The notes: a model not told the origin generated them from the sequence alone. Positions 1 through 9,786 are shown, counted from the first letter of the stretch. The stretch is 32,000 nucleotides of DNA from Prochlorococcus sp. MIT 0801 (GCF_000757865.1 NZ_CP007754.1:1740001-1772000), one strand, 5' to 3'. Made by a program: numbers and translations.

Positions 1-589
1 GAGGAATATAAGGAAACATCTCCAAAGGATTCATTGATAAAAGCTGTTGAGTTCCTGATCGCATATCTCTTTCTCTTAAACCAGACACGGGTGTATCAAT
101 AGTTACAACTATTGCTGAGAATCCAGCTTTTTTGGCTCTAGAAATTGTTTTTAAGGCAACTTCTTTACCACCTAGCAAATAAAGCTGATACCAAGCTGGC
201 CCATTTGTAGCAGCTTTAACGTCTTCTAATAAACAACCAGAGAGAGTCGACAAGGTATATCCAGTTCCAGCTTTTCCTGCCTCTCTAGCTGCAACCACTT
301 CTCCTTGAGGATAGAACATTCTGCTACTACCTACTGGTCCCAACAAGAAAGGAAGTTGAAATTTCTGATCTAAAACAGATATTCCAAGATCACACGATGG
401 AACAGAAACTGCACATCTAGGTCTAAATAAAATTTCATTATATGCGTTGCAATTTTGTGAAAGTGTTTGTTCTCTATCTGCACCACTATCTATATAGTTA
501 AAAACCATTGCCGGCAGACGACTTTTAGCTCTAGACCTGAGGTCATCAATATTAAGTACTCTTGGAGAGGAAACATCTGCTCCTAACAT
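1..589 (-). CDS. lldD: FMN-dependent alpha-hydroxy-acid dehydrogenase (L-lactate dehydrogenase / glycolate oxidase family), N-terminal part; C-terminus lies outside the window
   Basis: Not in the ORF track because it is truncated. My own translation from the ATG at 589-587 reads MLGADVSSPRVLNIDDLRSRAKSRLPAMVFNYIDSGADREQTL...FLLGPVGSSRMFYPQGEVVAAREAGKAGTGYTLSTLS...AWYQLYL...GFSAIVVTIDTPVSGLRERDMRSG. This is typical of the FMN-dependent dehydrogenase family. Confidence 0.75.
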   Translation of the reverse strand, partial: MLGADVSSPRVLNIDDLRSRAKSRLPAMVFNYIDSGADREQTLSQNCNAYNEILFRPRCAVSVPSCDLGISVLDQKFQLPFLLGPVGSSRMFYPQGEVVAAREAGKAGTGYTLSTLSGCLLEDVKAATNGPAWYQLYLLGGKEVALKTISRAKKAGFSAIVVTIDTPVSGLRERDMRSGTQQLLSMNPLEMFPYIP

Positions 590-735
590 TATTCATCACA
601 AATTCATGAATAACGAATCTATAATATATTGAACATAGTTGCAAAAACGAACAAAATATTGAAATATTTGTCATACAAAAAGCTATAAATTGAATTTAAT
701 TAATTAGAAACTGTACTCGTCAATAACTCAAATAA

Positions 736-1593
736 CTAAAAAGAATTATGCTGAAAAGTAGTAAATAATTCTATATATTCTTCCGGTTTGATTTCCAGCT
801 TTCTATCTCCAGTCACCAGTGAATTCCTTGGGCTAGTCCAAGGCTCCAGACAAACCATTTGTCTAGGAGGATCAGTCCATATGACAGTTGTATCCATTGG
901 CTCTTGATGAATTAATTCAATTACATTCCTAGATAAAAAATCAAACAGTTTAACCGAAGAAGAAGGATAAGAAAGAAAATCAACACCTTTATCTAAAATT
1001 CTTATCTGGTCAGAGACATTAGTAACTTTCATATTAGTTTGATCAATACATTTTTCAGGCAAACCATCTATCTTTATTTTTTGTATGTTTGAAACTTGAA
1101 AATATGGATGCAGACCAACACTGAAAGGCATAGAATCTTGACTCTGGTTCTGGATTTTAATAGATATTTGAAGACTTTTTTCTTTCAAGCATGCATCCAT
1201 CCACAGAGTAAAAAAGAAAGGAAAATAAGAACGTGAATCTTTTGTATCAGTGAGTTTAAGCCTTATTCCTAGTTTATCTTTTAATAAACCTATTGACCAA
1301 GGTAAATCTCTAGCAAAACCATGTTGTTTTAAAAAATACTTCTTGCCACCAAGTGAATAGCCCTCAGACAAACCCCCGCATATGGGGAAAAGGATAGGTA
1401 TTCCTCCTCTGACACTTTTATCTTTATCTAGAAAACGCTCTAAATCAAAGTACAAAAGTTCCTTCCCTTCGCTTCGCCATTCAGTAATCAGCCCTCCTCT
1501 TTCAGGAACAATACTTATTGATGAATCAAATTCAAGGTTTGAATATTCCCAATGAGGATAAGGCTTTGTCTTTTTTTCGAAACTGATGGACAT
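736..1593 (-). CDS. Aldose 1-epimerase family protein (glucose-6-phosphate 1-epimerase-like)
   Basis: 285-aa ORF with an ATG start. Family-like motifs GGIPILFPICGG, HGFARDLPW and GLHPYF. Its start lies 3 nt downstream of the stop of the hydrolase gene, so the two are likely co-transcribed. Confidence 0.7.
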   Translation of the reverse strand: MSISFEKKTKPYPHWEYSNLEFDSSISIVPERGGLITEWRSEGKELLYFDLERFLDKDKSVRGGIPILFPICGGLSEGYSLGGKKYFLKQHGFARDLPWSIGLLKDKLGIRLKLTDTKDSRSYFPFFFTLWMDACLKEKSLQISIKIQNQSQDSMPFSVGLHPYFQVSNIQKIKIDGLPEKCIDQTNMKVTNVSDQIRILDKGVDFLSYPSSSVKLFDFLSRNVIELIHQEPMDTTVIWTDPPRQMVCLEPWTSPRNSLVTGDRKLEIKPEEYIELFTTFQHNSF

Positions 1594-1596
1594 GTA

Positions 1597-2508
1597 TTAA
1601 AGCTGATTAATCCATTCTAAAAGAGCTGAATTAACTTGATCGGGCACTTCGTCATGAGGACAATGACCAGCATCTAAAATAACTTCTTTTGTATTTGTGG
1701 GAGTGTGTTTTTTATAAGTAGCCCTTTTACCAGGAGCATTCATCCAAGGATCTCTATTACCCCATAGCAATAATAATGGTGCCTTCAACTGAGCAAATAA
1801 CTCATCAAGTGGTCTTCCCTGAGGTCCTGCTGGATCGAAAACACTTTTGAAGACATTAAAAGCACCCTTATCCAAAGATGGTTTTCGGATCGCTTCTACT
1901 AGTTCATCATCAACGTTAGATGTATCAATATAAACTTGATTCAAAGTACGTTTAATTGTTGAAGGCTGTCTAAGGTTTTCAAAAATTATTCTTTGCAATA
2001 GAGCATTTTTGAGAAAGATACCAGCAATAGTTTTTCTAGCTGTCGCCCAAGTTCCTTTTGTTGTTTTCTTATCTGCACTGAAATAACCAGCAGCATTTAA
2101 TAAAACCACACCCGCTGCTTCTGGACCCATAGCCGAACCACTGGCAAGCGCAGCATATCCTCCTAGAGAATTACCTACAAGTACTGTAGGTCTCCCAATT
2201 TTTTCTTTTACGTAAGCAACTATTTGATCTCTCCAAAGTGGTCCTCCATAAGCAAGTCCACTCGGTTTAGAGCTTTTACCAAACCCAAGAAGATCCAGAG
2301 CGTGAACTTCATACTGCTTTCCAAGTACTGGTAAGTTGTGCCTCCAATGAGTTGTAGAAGCACCAAAGCCATGAATTAAGAGAATTGCTGGACCTTTTTC
2401 TTCATCGGTCTTGGTTTTATGAGCTTCAGGAATAATGCTCAGACTGTGAACAGGGTGACCTAGGAATTTCCAATCAGAAAGATTTGTTTCTACAACTGAG
2501 GAAACCAT
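1597..2508 (-). CDS. Alpha/beta-fold hydrolase
   Basis: 303-aa ORF. It has the HGFG oxyanion motif (ILLIHGFGAS), the nucleophile elbow GNSLGG and a C-terminal GHCPHDE histidine motif. Confidence 0.75.
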   Translation of the reverse strand: MVSSVVETNLSDWKFLGHPVHSLSIIPEAHKTKTDEEKGPAILLIHGFGASTTHWRHNLPVLGKQYEVHALDLLGFGKSSKPSGLAYGGPLWRDQIVAYVKEKIGRPTVLVGNSLGGYAALASGSAMGPEAAGVVLLNAAGYFSADKKTTKGTWATARKTIAGIFLKNALLQRIIFENLRQPSTIKRTLNQVYIDTSNVDDELVEAIRKPSLDKGAFNVFKSVFDPAGPQGRPLDELFAQLKAPLLLLWGNRDPWMNAPGKRATYKKHTPTNTKEVILDAGHCPHDEVPDQVNSALLEWINQL

Positions 2509-2626
2509 TTAAAGATAAATTCTAACCTCTAGATCCTAGTAAATAATTGATAGAAAAAGATTAATGATTTTATTTCTTTTTTTTCGAAATTGCCTCACCT
2601 TTTTGAAAAAGAGTTATTGATAATTT

Positions 2627-4000
2627 CTAAACCAATCCAACTGGATCAGCTGCAATCTCATCAGGAATAGAATTACCTCCTGAAGGGGGTTTATCTTTCA
2701 AAACAACTCTTAGCAAAACAGGTGCTAAAAATGTTGTTCCAATAACCATTAACAATATTGCAGCCTCAAGTGAAGGGGTAAGCAAACCTGCACTTGTTCC
2801 CAATCCTAGAAAAATCAATCCGACCTCACCTCGAGGCATCATTCCTAGACCAACTACTAATCTATTTGTTGGTTTATCAATGACAAAACACCAGCCAGCA
2901 GCGATTTTCCCTACGATCGCCACAATGAATAAGAAACCAGCAACAATTAGAGCTGAGCGACTCTGTGGATCAAGAGGATTGATTACAGAAAGATCCATAC
3001 CAGCTCCAACAAGCACAAAGAAGATAGTTGCAAAGAGCGATACCAATGGCAACACAGATTGTTGAATTGCGTGATTATTTTTTGAACTACTTAGTATCAA
3101 TCCAGCGGCAAAAGCACCCAAAGCAGCTTCTAAACCTATAGCAGTAGCTACAAAACAGCTTAAGACTAGTATTACGAAAGAGGCCACAACAACAGCTCCA
3201 GGAGCTTTAAGTCTCTCAAGCAACCAATCAAAGGCTGGAGCCGCTGTTCGACTTAAAGCAATTGCAGCAAATACAAAAACAGTTGCAGCTAGTACTAATT
3301 TGACGATGGGAGCAATTTGCAGTGATCCTCCCGTCGCAAGTGCTACAACAACGGCAAGAATAACAATTCCAAGTATGTCATCTAATACTGCTGCGCCAAT
3401 AACAATTTGACCCTCACGAGTTTTTAAATAACCAAGCTCACCAAAAACACTTGCAGTAATACCAATACTAGTCGCGGTCATAGATGCACCAGCAAATATC
3501 GCAGGAATGATATCTACTTGGAAAATAAACATTAATCCAAAAGTTCCAAAAGCAAATGGCAAAATCACTCCTGCCATTGCAACAGTGAAAGCTTGTGCTC
3601 CAACTGCTACAAGTTCCTCTAATTCACTCTCAAGACCGGTCAAAAATAACAAAGCATATAGCCCTAAAGTTGCTACTGCTTGTAATGATGGAAAAGTTTC
3701 AAAATAAATATCTGGGACTGCTTCTTTCGGTACTGAAGCAAGTGTGCTAATAACAGAAACAAAACCTTGATTCAACTCAGCATGAGCACTAGGCGGCAAT
3801 AAAAGATGTAATCCTGAGGCACCAATTAAAACTCCCGCAAGAAGTTCACCTACAATAGTAGGCAAACTTAGTCTAACCAAGATTTCAGCCAAAGTCCTTG
3901 CTGCAACAAAGATCATCAAGAAATTAATGACCCCTATCAGTGTTTCTGCGACCTCAACATCATGAGTATTTAGTGCTGAGACTAAAGGAGTTAGTACCAT
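2627..4000 (-). CDS. Monovalent cation:proton antiporter, CPA2 (Kef/NhaS-like) family
   Basis: 457-aa polytopic membrane protein rich in Ala, Gly, Leu and Val. The N-terminal region (ARTLAEILVRLSLPTIVGELLAGVLIG) is typical of Na+/H+ exchanger family proteins. The + strand ORFs inside it are antisense artefacts. Confidence 0.7.
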   Translation of the reverse strand: MVLTPLVSALNTHDVEVAETLIGVINFLMIFVAARTLAEILVRLSLPTIVGELLAGVLIGASGLHLLLPPSAHAELNQGFVSVISTLASVPKEAVPDIYFETFPSLQAVATLGLYALLFLTGLESELEELVAVGAQAFTVAMAGVILPFAFGTFGLMFIFQVDIIPAIFAGASMTATSIGITASVFGELGYLKTREGQIVIGAAVLDDILGIVILAVVVALATGGSLQIAPIVKLVLAATVFVFAAIALSRTAAPAFDWLLERLKAPGAVVVASFVILVLSCFVATAIGLEAALGAFAAGLILSSSKNNHAIQQSVLPLVSLFATIFFVLVGAGMDLSVINPLDPQSRSALIVAGFLFIVAIVGKIAAGWCFVIDKPTNRLVVGLGMMPRGEVGLIFLGLGTSAGLLTPSLEAAILLMVIGTTFLAPVLLRVVLKDKPPSGGNSIPDEIAADPVGLV

Positions 4001-4164
4001 CAGGTTTTCTAGAAAAGCCTTTTCTTTAAGACATAAATTACCTAATCACAGGGCATATTTGGCATAAGTATCAAAGGAGACTTAATCAATAAGGTGTGGA
4101 TCTGAAGTTACTCACTGATTACTAAGGCTTTATTAGCTAGCGTCCAGAGACCTTTGACGCCCTT

Positions 4165-6684
4165 ATGAGCAGCTCCCAGTCACTAGACCTGCGTCTACCG
4201 ACCCCAGGATGCTATGCGGATCCTGTTCGGGCTGGTATGGATGCTGATGCAGTCTTCGATGGAATGACTGAGCATCTCTTTTTTACTCTTGGGAAACTTG
4301 CTACATCGGCAAGCCTTAGAGATCTCTATATGGCTTTGAGCTACGCTGTTAGAGACAGATTGATGAGTAGATACTTAACAAGTCAAGAGACAATCAGAGC
4401 TAGACCTCAAAAAACAGTTGCATATCTTTCAGCTGAATTCCTCATAGGACCTCAACTAAATAATAATTTACTGAATCTAGGCATTAAAAAAGAGGCAGAA
4501 GAAGCGCTTAAAAGGTTTGGTATTGAATCTTTAAATGAGATATTGGAAGTAGAAGAAGAGCCTGGCCTTGGGAATGGAGGATTAGGGAGACTTGCAGCTT
4601 GCTATATGGAATCACTTGCAAGTCTTCAGGTTCCCGCAGTGGGATATGGAATTAGGTACGAATTTGGAATTTTCAACCAATTAATAAGAGATGGTTGGCA
4701 AGTAGAAGTTACTGACAAATGGCTCAAAGGTGGATGGCCTTGGGAATTACCCCAACCAGATGAAGCTTGCCTAGTCGGTTTTGGAGGTCAAACCGAGAGT
4801 TATACTGATGACAATGGAAATTATCGCTCTCGATGGATTCCAAGCGAACACGCTATTGGGGTCCCACACGATGTCCCTGTTCTTGGTTATCGAGTAAACA
4901 GCTGCGATCGATTGAGATTATGGAGAGCTGATGCAACCGAAAGTTTTGATTTCTACGCTTTCAATATTGGCGATTACTACGGAGCTGTAGAAGAGAAAGT
5001 AGCATCAGAAACACTATCAAAAGTTCTATACCCCAATGATGGAACTGACGAAGGAAGAAGACTACGCTTAAAGCAACAACACTTTTTCGTAAGTTGTTCC
5101 TTGCAGGATATGCTTAGAAGTTTAGAAAAACGGTCAATAGCTGTAGAGGAGTTCCCAAATCACTGGACAGTTCAACTAAATGACACTCATCCAGCCATAG
5201 CAGTTGCAGAGTTAATGCGACTATTAATTGATCAACATAGATTGGATTGGGATAAAGCATGGGAAATCACCAATAGATCAGTTGCATATACAAACCACAC
5301 TTTGTTGCCCGAAGCTCTCGAGAAATGGGACCTTAGCCTTTTTAAAAGCTTATTACCTAGACATTTAGAACTTATTTATGAAATAAATAGACGATTCTTG
5401 CAACAAGTAAGACTAAAGTATCCTGGGAATGATGCGATTTTAAGGAAGCTTTCAATTATTGATGAAGATGGAGGGAAAGCCATACGAATGGCTCATTTAG
5501 CGACAATTGGAGCACATCATGTCAATGGAGTAGCTGCTCTTCATTCAGATCTAATCAAGAGACAATTACTACCTGAATTTGCAGAACTCTGGCCTGAAAA
5601 ATTCACTAACGTCACCAATGGAGTTACTCCACGCAGATGGGTAGCCTTAGCAAATCCTGAACTCTCTAAACTTCTTGACAAAGAAATAGGTCCTAATTGG
5701 ATTACCAATATGGACCTATTACTAGAATTAGAAAAAAAAGAAAATGACTCCAATTTTTTAGATCTTTTTGCATCGGCTAAGTTATCTGGCAAAAGGAAAC
5801 TAGCTGGGTACATACACAGACAGACTGGCGTGCTAGTAGATCCCTCAAGTTTATTTGATGTTCAAGTTAAAAGAATTCACCAGTATAAAAGACAGCATTT
5901 AAATGCTTTGCAAGTCATTGCACAATATCTAAGAATTAAAAACGGAGTAACAAAAAATATTGCACCACGTACTGTCATTTTTGGTGGTAAAGCTGCACCA
6001 GGTTATTTCATGGCGAAATTAATGATTAGATTTATTAATGGTATAGCAGATGTAGTTAATGCAGATCCAGATATGGATGGGTTACTAAGGGTCGTTTTTC
6101 TTCCTGATTACAATGTAAAACTTGGTGAGCAAGTCTATCCAGCAACTGATCTTTCTGAGCAGATTTCAACTGCTGGAAAAGAAGCCTCAGGAACTGGAAA
6201 TATGAAATTTGCAATGAATGGCGCATTAACGATTGGAACTCTTGATGGAGCTAATGTAGAAATTAGGGATAAAGTCGGCGCAGAAAATTTCTTTTTGTTT
6301 GGTAAGACAGAATCAGAAATAATGGAATTAAGAGCTCAAGGATATAATCCAAATAGCTTTATCGCAGAATCGAGTGAACTACAAGAAACTCTTAAGTTAA
6401 TAGAAGTTGGGCATTTTAGTAATGGTGATAGTGAGCTGTTTAGACCAATAATTAATATCTTGACAGGAAGCGATCCTTTCTTTGTTATGGCTGATTTTGA
6501 TGATTACCTACGCGCACAAGATGAAGTTAGTAAAGCTTGGAAAAAAAGTAAGAAATGGAATCGTATGGCTCTTTTAAATACTGCTAGATCTGGCTTTTTC
6601 TCATCAGACAGATCAATAAGAGAATACTGTCAATCAATATGGAAGGTTAAGCCATTACCTGTGGAGATAAGTTGTGAAAAATAA
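4165..6684 (+). CDS. glgP: Glycogen/maltodextrin phosphorylase
   Basis: 839-aa ORF with an ATG start. Family hallmarks include EEPGLGNGGLGRLAAC, TNHTLLPEALEKW and the pyridoxal-phosphate lysine region EQISTAGKEASGTGNMKFAMNGALTIGTLDGANVE. Confidence 0.95.
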   Translation: MSSSQSLDLRLPTPGCYADPVRAGMDADAVFDGMTEHLFFTLGKLATSASLRDLYMALSYAVRDRLMSRYLTSQETIRARPQKTVAYLSAEFLIGPQLNNNLLNLGIKKEAEEALKRFGIESLNEILEVEEEPGLGNGGLGRLAACYMESLASLQVPAVGYGIRYEFGIFNQLIRDGWQVEVTDKWLKGGWPWELPQPDEACLVGFGGQTESYTDDNGNYRSRWIPSEHAIGVPHDVPVLGYRVNSCDRLRLWRADATESFDFYAFNIGDYYGAVEEKVASETLSKVLYPNDGTDEGRRLRLKQQHFFVSCSLQDMLRSLEKRSIAVEEFPNHWTVQLNDTHPAIAVAELMRLLIDQHRLDWDKAWEITNRSVAYTNHTLLPEALEKWDLSLFKSLLPRHLELIYEINRRFLQQVRLKYPGNDAILRKLSIIDEDGGKAIRMAHLATIGAHHVNGVAALHSDLIKRQLLPEFAELWPEKFTNVTNGVTPRRWVALANPELSKLLDKEIGPNWITNMDLLLELEKKENDSNFLDLFASAKLSGKRKLAGYIHRQTGVLVDPSSLFDVQVKRIHQYKRQHLNALQVIAQYLRIKNGVTKNIAPRTVIFGGKAAPGYFMAKLMIRFINGIADVVNADPDMDGLLRVVFLPDYNVKLGEQVYPATDLSEQISTAGKEASGTGNMKFAMNGALTIGTLDGANVEIRDKVGAENFFLFGKTESEIMELRAQGYNPNSFIAESSELQETLKLIEVGHFSNGDSELFRPIINILTGSDPFFVMADFDDYLRAQDEVSKAWKKSKKWNRMALLNTARSGFFSSDRSIREYCQSIWKVKPLPVEISCEK

Positions 6685-6688
6685 ATAA

Positions 6689-7141
6689 TTATTTATCAGG
6701 CAAATCTGGTGTTTGATGTAATAATCTATTTAACCTTAACCGATCTATATTGAATGGATCTGGAGCAAGTTCTCCAGCGACTTCTCGAAATGTATCTTCA
6801 ACTTCATCAGAAACCTTGACATCAAAAATTCTTTCCATTAAAGCTTCAATAGAATATAAATGAGCATGAATATTTTCAAGATCAGAAATCACTTGTGTAA
6901 CTGATTTATCTTTTTTCTCAATAGTTCCAGTTTGAAAATTATCTTCAAATTGATCTGATGAGTTTAGATTCAATTTCTTTTGCAAATCTTCTAAGACTCG
7001 TCCACATAAAGTTCGGAAAGATTGAAGAGCAGCCCAATTAATCTCTTGCTGTTGACGCAAAGTGGGAAACTCTCTGATTAGACGATCATGTTCCCTGTAA
7101 AATCTTTGGCAATCTGGACATTGGCATGGTTCTTCAGGCAC
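6689..7141 (-). CDS. Hypothetical protein (150 aa, acidic, N-terminal CxCxxC)
   Basis: Long ORF with no recognisable family. The apparent start is GTG at 7141-7139, and there is no in-frame ATG until far downstream. It is convergent with glgP, with the two stop codons 4 nt apart. Confidence 0.5.
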   Translation of the reverse strand: MPEEPCQCPDCQRFYREHDRLIREFPTLRQQQEINWAALQSFRTLCGRVLEDLQKKLNLNSSDQFEDNFQTGTIEKKDKSVTQVISDLENIHAHLYSIEALMERIFDVKVSDEVEDTFREVAGELAPDPFNIDRLRLNRLLHQTPDLPDK

Positions 7142-7178
7142 CTTCTTCGAGGCAGCTTAGCAACCATCATTGCATTTC

Positions 7179-7517
7179 TTAGGCCGTCATAGGTGGCTCA
7201 CCGTTAAAGAAATCTCCTCCTTCATCATTATTATCCAATTCAGAGCTTTCAGGCAGAGGTATTTCAATGCTAGAGACCACTTGAATAACATCTCGTAATC
7301 TCATTGAGTCAGCAAACCAACCCATTGCTTGTTCTGTATCATTTCTTCCTTCCGCATCATTAGCTTGATCTTCATGCGCTTCGGCTAGAAGTGTTAACCA
7401 ACACAAGCATCGAGCTTGAACAATTGATAAATCTAAATCACTTGGTTGAGAGTTTGATATTTGCTCACTCTCTTGCTGAACAAGCAATCGCAAACGAAGA
7501 TCGTGAAGCTGGGCCAT
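7179..7517 (-). CDS. Hypothetical protein (112 aa, very acidic C-terminal half)
   Basis: ORF with an ATG start, lying 37 nt upstream of and co-oriented with the 150-aa ORF. I recognise no family. Confidence 0.45.
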   Translation of the reverse strand: MAQLHDLRLRLLVQQESEQISNSQPSDLDLSIVQARCLCWLTLLAEAHEDQANDAEGRNDTEQAMGWFADSMRLRDVIQVVSSIEIPLPESSELDNNDEGGDFFNGEPPMTA

Positions 7518-7618
7518 GTTGACTTAATTCACCTAATTAACGCTAGCGAAAGAGTAATGATTTTGCACCTCCACCAGATCTAGGACTATAGATTTTTAGT
7601 TTTTATTCGTTTTTCGCA

Positions 7619-7692
<74 letters not shown>

Positions 7693-7727
7693 CTGAAATT
7701 AATTATGCCTTGAGGCATGATGGAGAT

Positions 7728-8128
7728 GAAAGCAGGGGAGGTGATCGCAATTGAACTTCAGCAAAAAAGCTGAAGAATTCTATTGAGGAAAGTCCGGGCT
7801 CCTATTTGGCCAGGCTTGCTGGGTAATTCCCAGTGCGGGTGACCGTGAGGATAGTGCCACAGAAACACACCGCCTAACGCTTGATGGGGAAATCCCAACA
7901 GACGCGGCAAGGGTGCAAAGGTGCGGTAAGAGCGCACCAGCAGCATCGAGAGGTGCTGGCTAGGTAAACCCCGGCTAGGAGCAAGGCGAGGGGCAATGGA
8001 TGGCCATAGACCTTGTCCCTGAAGAGAGCCGCTTGAGGCTAGCGGTAACGTTAGCCCCAGATAGATGATTACCCATTCGATTTCTGAAGAAAGAAGAATG
8101 AACAGAACCCGGCTTATGACCTGCTTTC
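7728..8128 (+). ncRNA. rnpB: RNase P RNA (bacterial type A)
   Basis: The universally conserved P4 strands GAGGAAAGTCCGGGCTCC (about 7785-7802) and ACAGAACCCGGCTTAT (about 8102-8117) are present. A P1 pairing joins GAAAGCAGG (7728-7736) with CCTGCTTTC (8120-8128). The region is GC-rich and structured, and the 62-aa minus-strand ORF inside it is spurious. Ends are approximate to a few nt. Confidence 0.92.
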
Positions 8129-8203
8129 ACTTTATTCATTTCATACAAAAAATCACAGTCAAAATTCTATTTTTATCACTTAAATTATATTCTTTAAAGA
8201 ATT

Positions 8204-8947
8204 ATGAAAATCTCAAATCACAGAGTAGAAGAAATAATTAATTTTATTAAAGGTCTAAATTTAGATCAAAAATTTAAAAAAGAGTTTACGAAAGAAAAAA
8301 TAAAAAATATTTTATATATTAATGAATCACTTACTCATAGTTCAGCAAATAGTGAAATTAATTATGAAAATCTTGAATTTCTTGGAGACGCAGTTCTCAG
8401 ACTCGTTGCATCAGATTTCATAAAAAATAAATATCCATATATGCAAGTAGGAGAAAGATCTGAACTTCGTTCACATCTGGTAAGTGATCAATGGCTAGAA
8501 GAAGTTGGTAAAAAAATAGAAATCAACAGTGTATTAGTTATTGGGAATAAAGCCCTTAGAGATAAATCAGCAAACGCAACTATTCAAGCGCAAGCAACTG
8601 AAGCACTAATAGGAGCTTTGTATGAAAGTCTTAATATTGTTGAACCTATAAAAGATTGGCTTATTCCGTTCTGGGATGAGAAAAGTAATGAAGTTCTAGC
8701 TGATCCTCATAAGAAAAATTACAAATCAGCACTTCAGGAATTGACTCAAAGTAAAGGCTTATCAATTCCCAGATATAAAACAATTGAAATTGATAAAAAG
8801 CATAACAATCCTAAACGATTTTTGTGTAGTGTTTTTGTCAAAAATCGATCGATTGCTGAAGGAACTGGAAAGTCAATAAAGCAAGCCGAAAAAGATGCTG
8901 CAAGTAAAGCATTGAAGTATTTCGAGAAAAATGTAATTGATCAGTAA
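8204..8947 (+). CDS. rnc: Ribonuclease III
   Basis: 247-aa ORF carrying the RNase III signature NYENLEFLGDAVL and the catalytic region QAQATEALIGALY. A C-terminal dsRNA-binding domain is present (KNYKSALQELTQSKG...GKSIKQAEKDAASKAL). Confidence 0.9.
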   Translation: MKISNHRVEEIINFIKGLNLDQKFKKEFTKEKIKNILYINESLTHSSANSEINYENLEFLGDAVLRLVASDFIKNKYPYMQVGERSELRSHLVSDQWLEEVGKKIEINSVLVIGNKALRDKSANATIQAQATEALIGALYESLNIVEPIKDWLIPFWDEKSNEVLADPHKKNYKSALQELTQSKGLSIPRYKTIEIDKKHNNPKRFLCSVFVKNRSIAEGTGKSIKQAEKDAASKALKYFEKNVIDQ

Positions 8948-8972
8948 TTAGTTTCCTTAGAAAAATGAATAA

Positions 8973-9158
8973 TCAATTTTTCATAAGATCTTTAAGAGGT
9001 ATTGTTAATAATTTATCCCAATTCCCCCCCTCAAAAAGCACTGCCGCTTTATCACCACTTATTCTTTGAACAAATCCTTCATAACCATTGTAAATTGACT
9101 CTTGGTTATTAACAGTTACTGTTGTACCAGGAAGAATAGGATCTTTTGTATCAGTCAT
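8973..9158 (-). CDS. ndhS: NAD(P)H-quinone oxidoreductase (NDH-1) subunit S
   Basis: 61-aa ORF. The core ILPGTTVTV...YNGYEGFVQRISGDKAAVLFEGGNWDKLLT matches my recollection of the cyanobacterial NdhS (Ssl0352-like) SH3-fold protein. Confidence 0.75.
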   Translation of the reverse strand: MTDTKDPILPGTTVTVNNQESIYNGYEGFVQRISGDKAAVLFEGGNWDKLLTIPLKDLMKN

Positions 9159-9203
9159 AATTAACCATATTCAAATAAACTTTGAAAAAGTCTACTCATA
9201 AAA

Positions 9204-9734
9204 ATGATCGAAAAAGATAAATGGATGTCAATAGGTGAAATTGTTGCTCCGCAAGGTTTAAAAGGAGATATTCGAATTAAACCTAATAGCGACTTTCCTG
9301 AAAGATTTACACAACCTGGGAAACGATGGATTCAAAAAACTGACGAATTACCTACTGAAATCAATTTAACAAAAGGAACGCTTATTCCAGGCAAATCAAT
9401 CTATGTACTTTCTATCGAGGGAGTATCTACTAGAAGTTCTGCGGAAGAAATTATTGGTTGGAAAATAGTTATACCAAGTGATAGCAGACCGATGTTGAGT
9501 AAAGATGAGTACCATTACTATGATTTAATTGGTCTAGAGGCAAGAAGCGGTCCCAAAAAAGCTTTAATTGGTCATGTAACTGACTTAATGAAGGGAGGGA
9601 ATGACCTTCTAGAGATAGAGTTAGTGGAAGGTAAAAAAGTTTTGGTACCTTTTGTTAAAGAAATTGTCCCAGAAATAGACATCAAAGAAAAATGGTTGCT
9701 AATCAATCCACCCAATGGCTTATTGGAACTCTAA
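9204..9734 (+). CDS. rimM: 16S rRNA processing protein RimM
   Basis: 176-aa ORF. The N-terminus IGEIVAPQGLKGDIRIKPNSDFPERF and a PRC-barrel-like C-terminus (GGNDLLEIE...VLVPFVKEIVPEIDI) are typical of RimM. Confidence 0.88.
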   Translation: MIEKDKWMSIGEIVAPQGLKGDIRIKPNSDFPERFTQPGKRWIQKTDELPTEINLTKGTLIPGKSIYVLSIEGVSTRSSAEEIIGWKIVIPSDSRPMLSKDEYHYYDLIGLEARSGPKKALIGHVTDLMKGGNDLLEIELVEGKKVLVPFVKEIVPEIDIKEKWLLINPPNGLLEL

Positions 9735-9786
9735 TAATTATTGAGGTTTTTAAACAAAACTTCAAAAATAAATTACAAAGTTCTTT

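Noticed and set aside
6685-7618. Possible genomic islet integrated at the 3' end of tRNA-Arg
   Set aside because: By eye I found no direct repeat of the tRNA 3' half near glgP, no integrase, and only two small ORFs, so it is not supported as a mobile island.
7758-7946. 62-aa minus-strand ORF (MLLVRSYRTFAPLPRLLGF...)
   Set aside because: It lies wholly inside the RNase P RNA gene. The GC-rich structured RNA explains the open frame.
8960-8982. 7-bp hairpin (GAAAAAT / ATTTTTC) between rnc and ndhS with the ndhS stop in the loop. A similar tiny AT hairpin lies between ssb and dedA (about 28354-28372).
   Set aside because: The stems are almost pure A-T and too short to distinguish from chance in AT-rich spacers. 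I noted them only as weak parallels to the 29-bp thiC hairpin.
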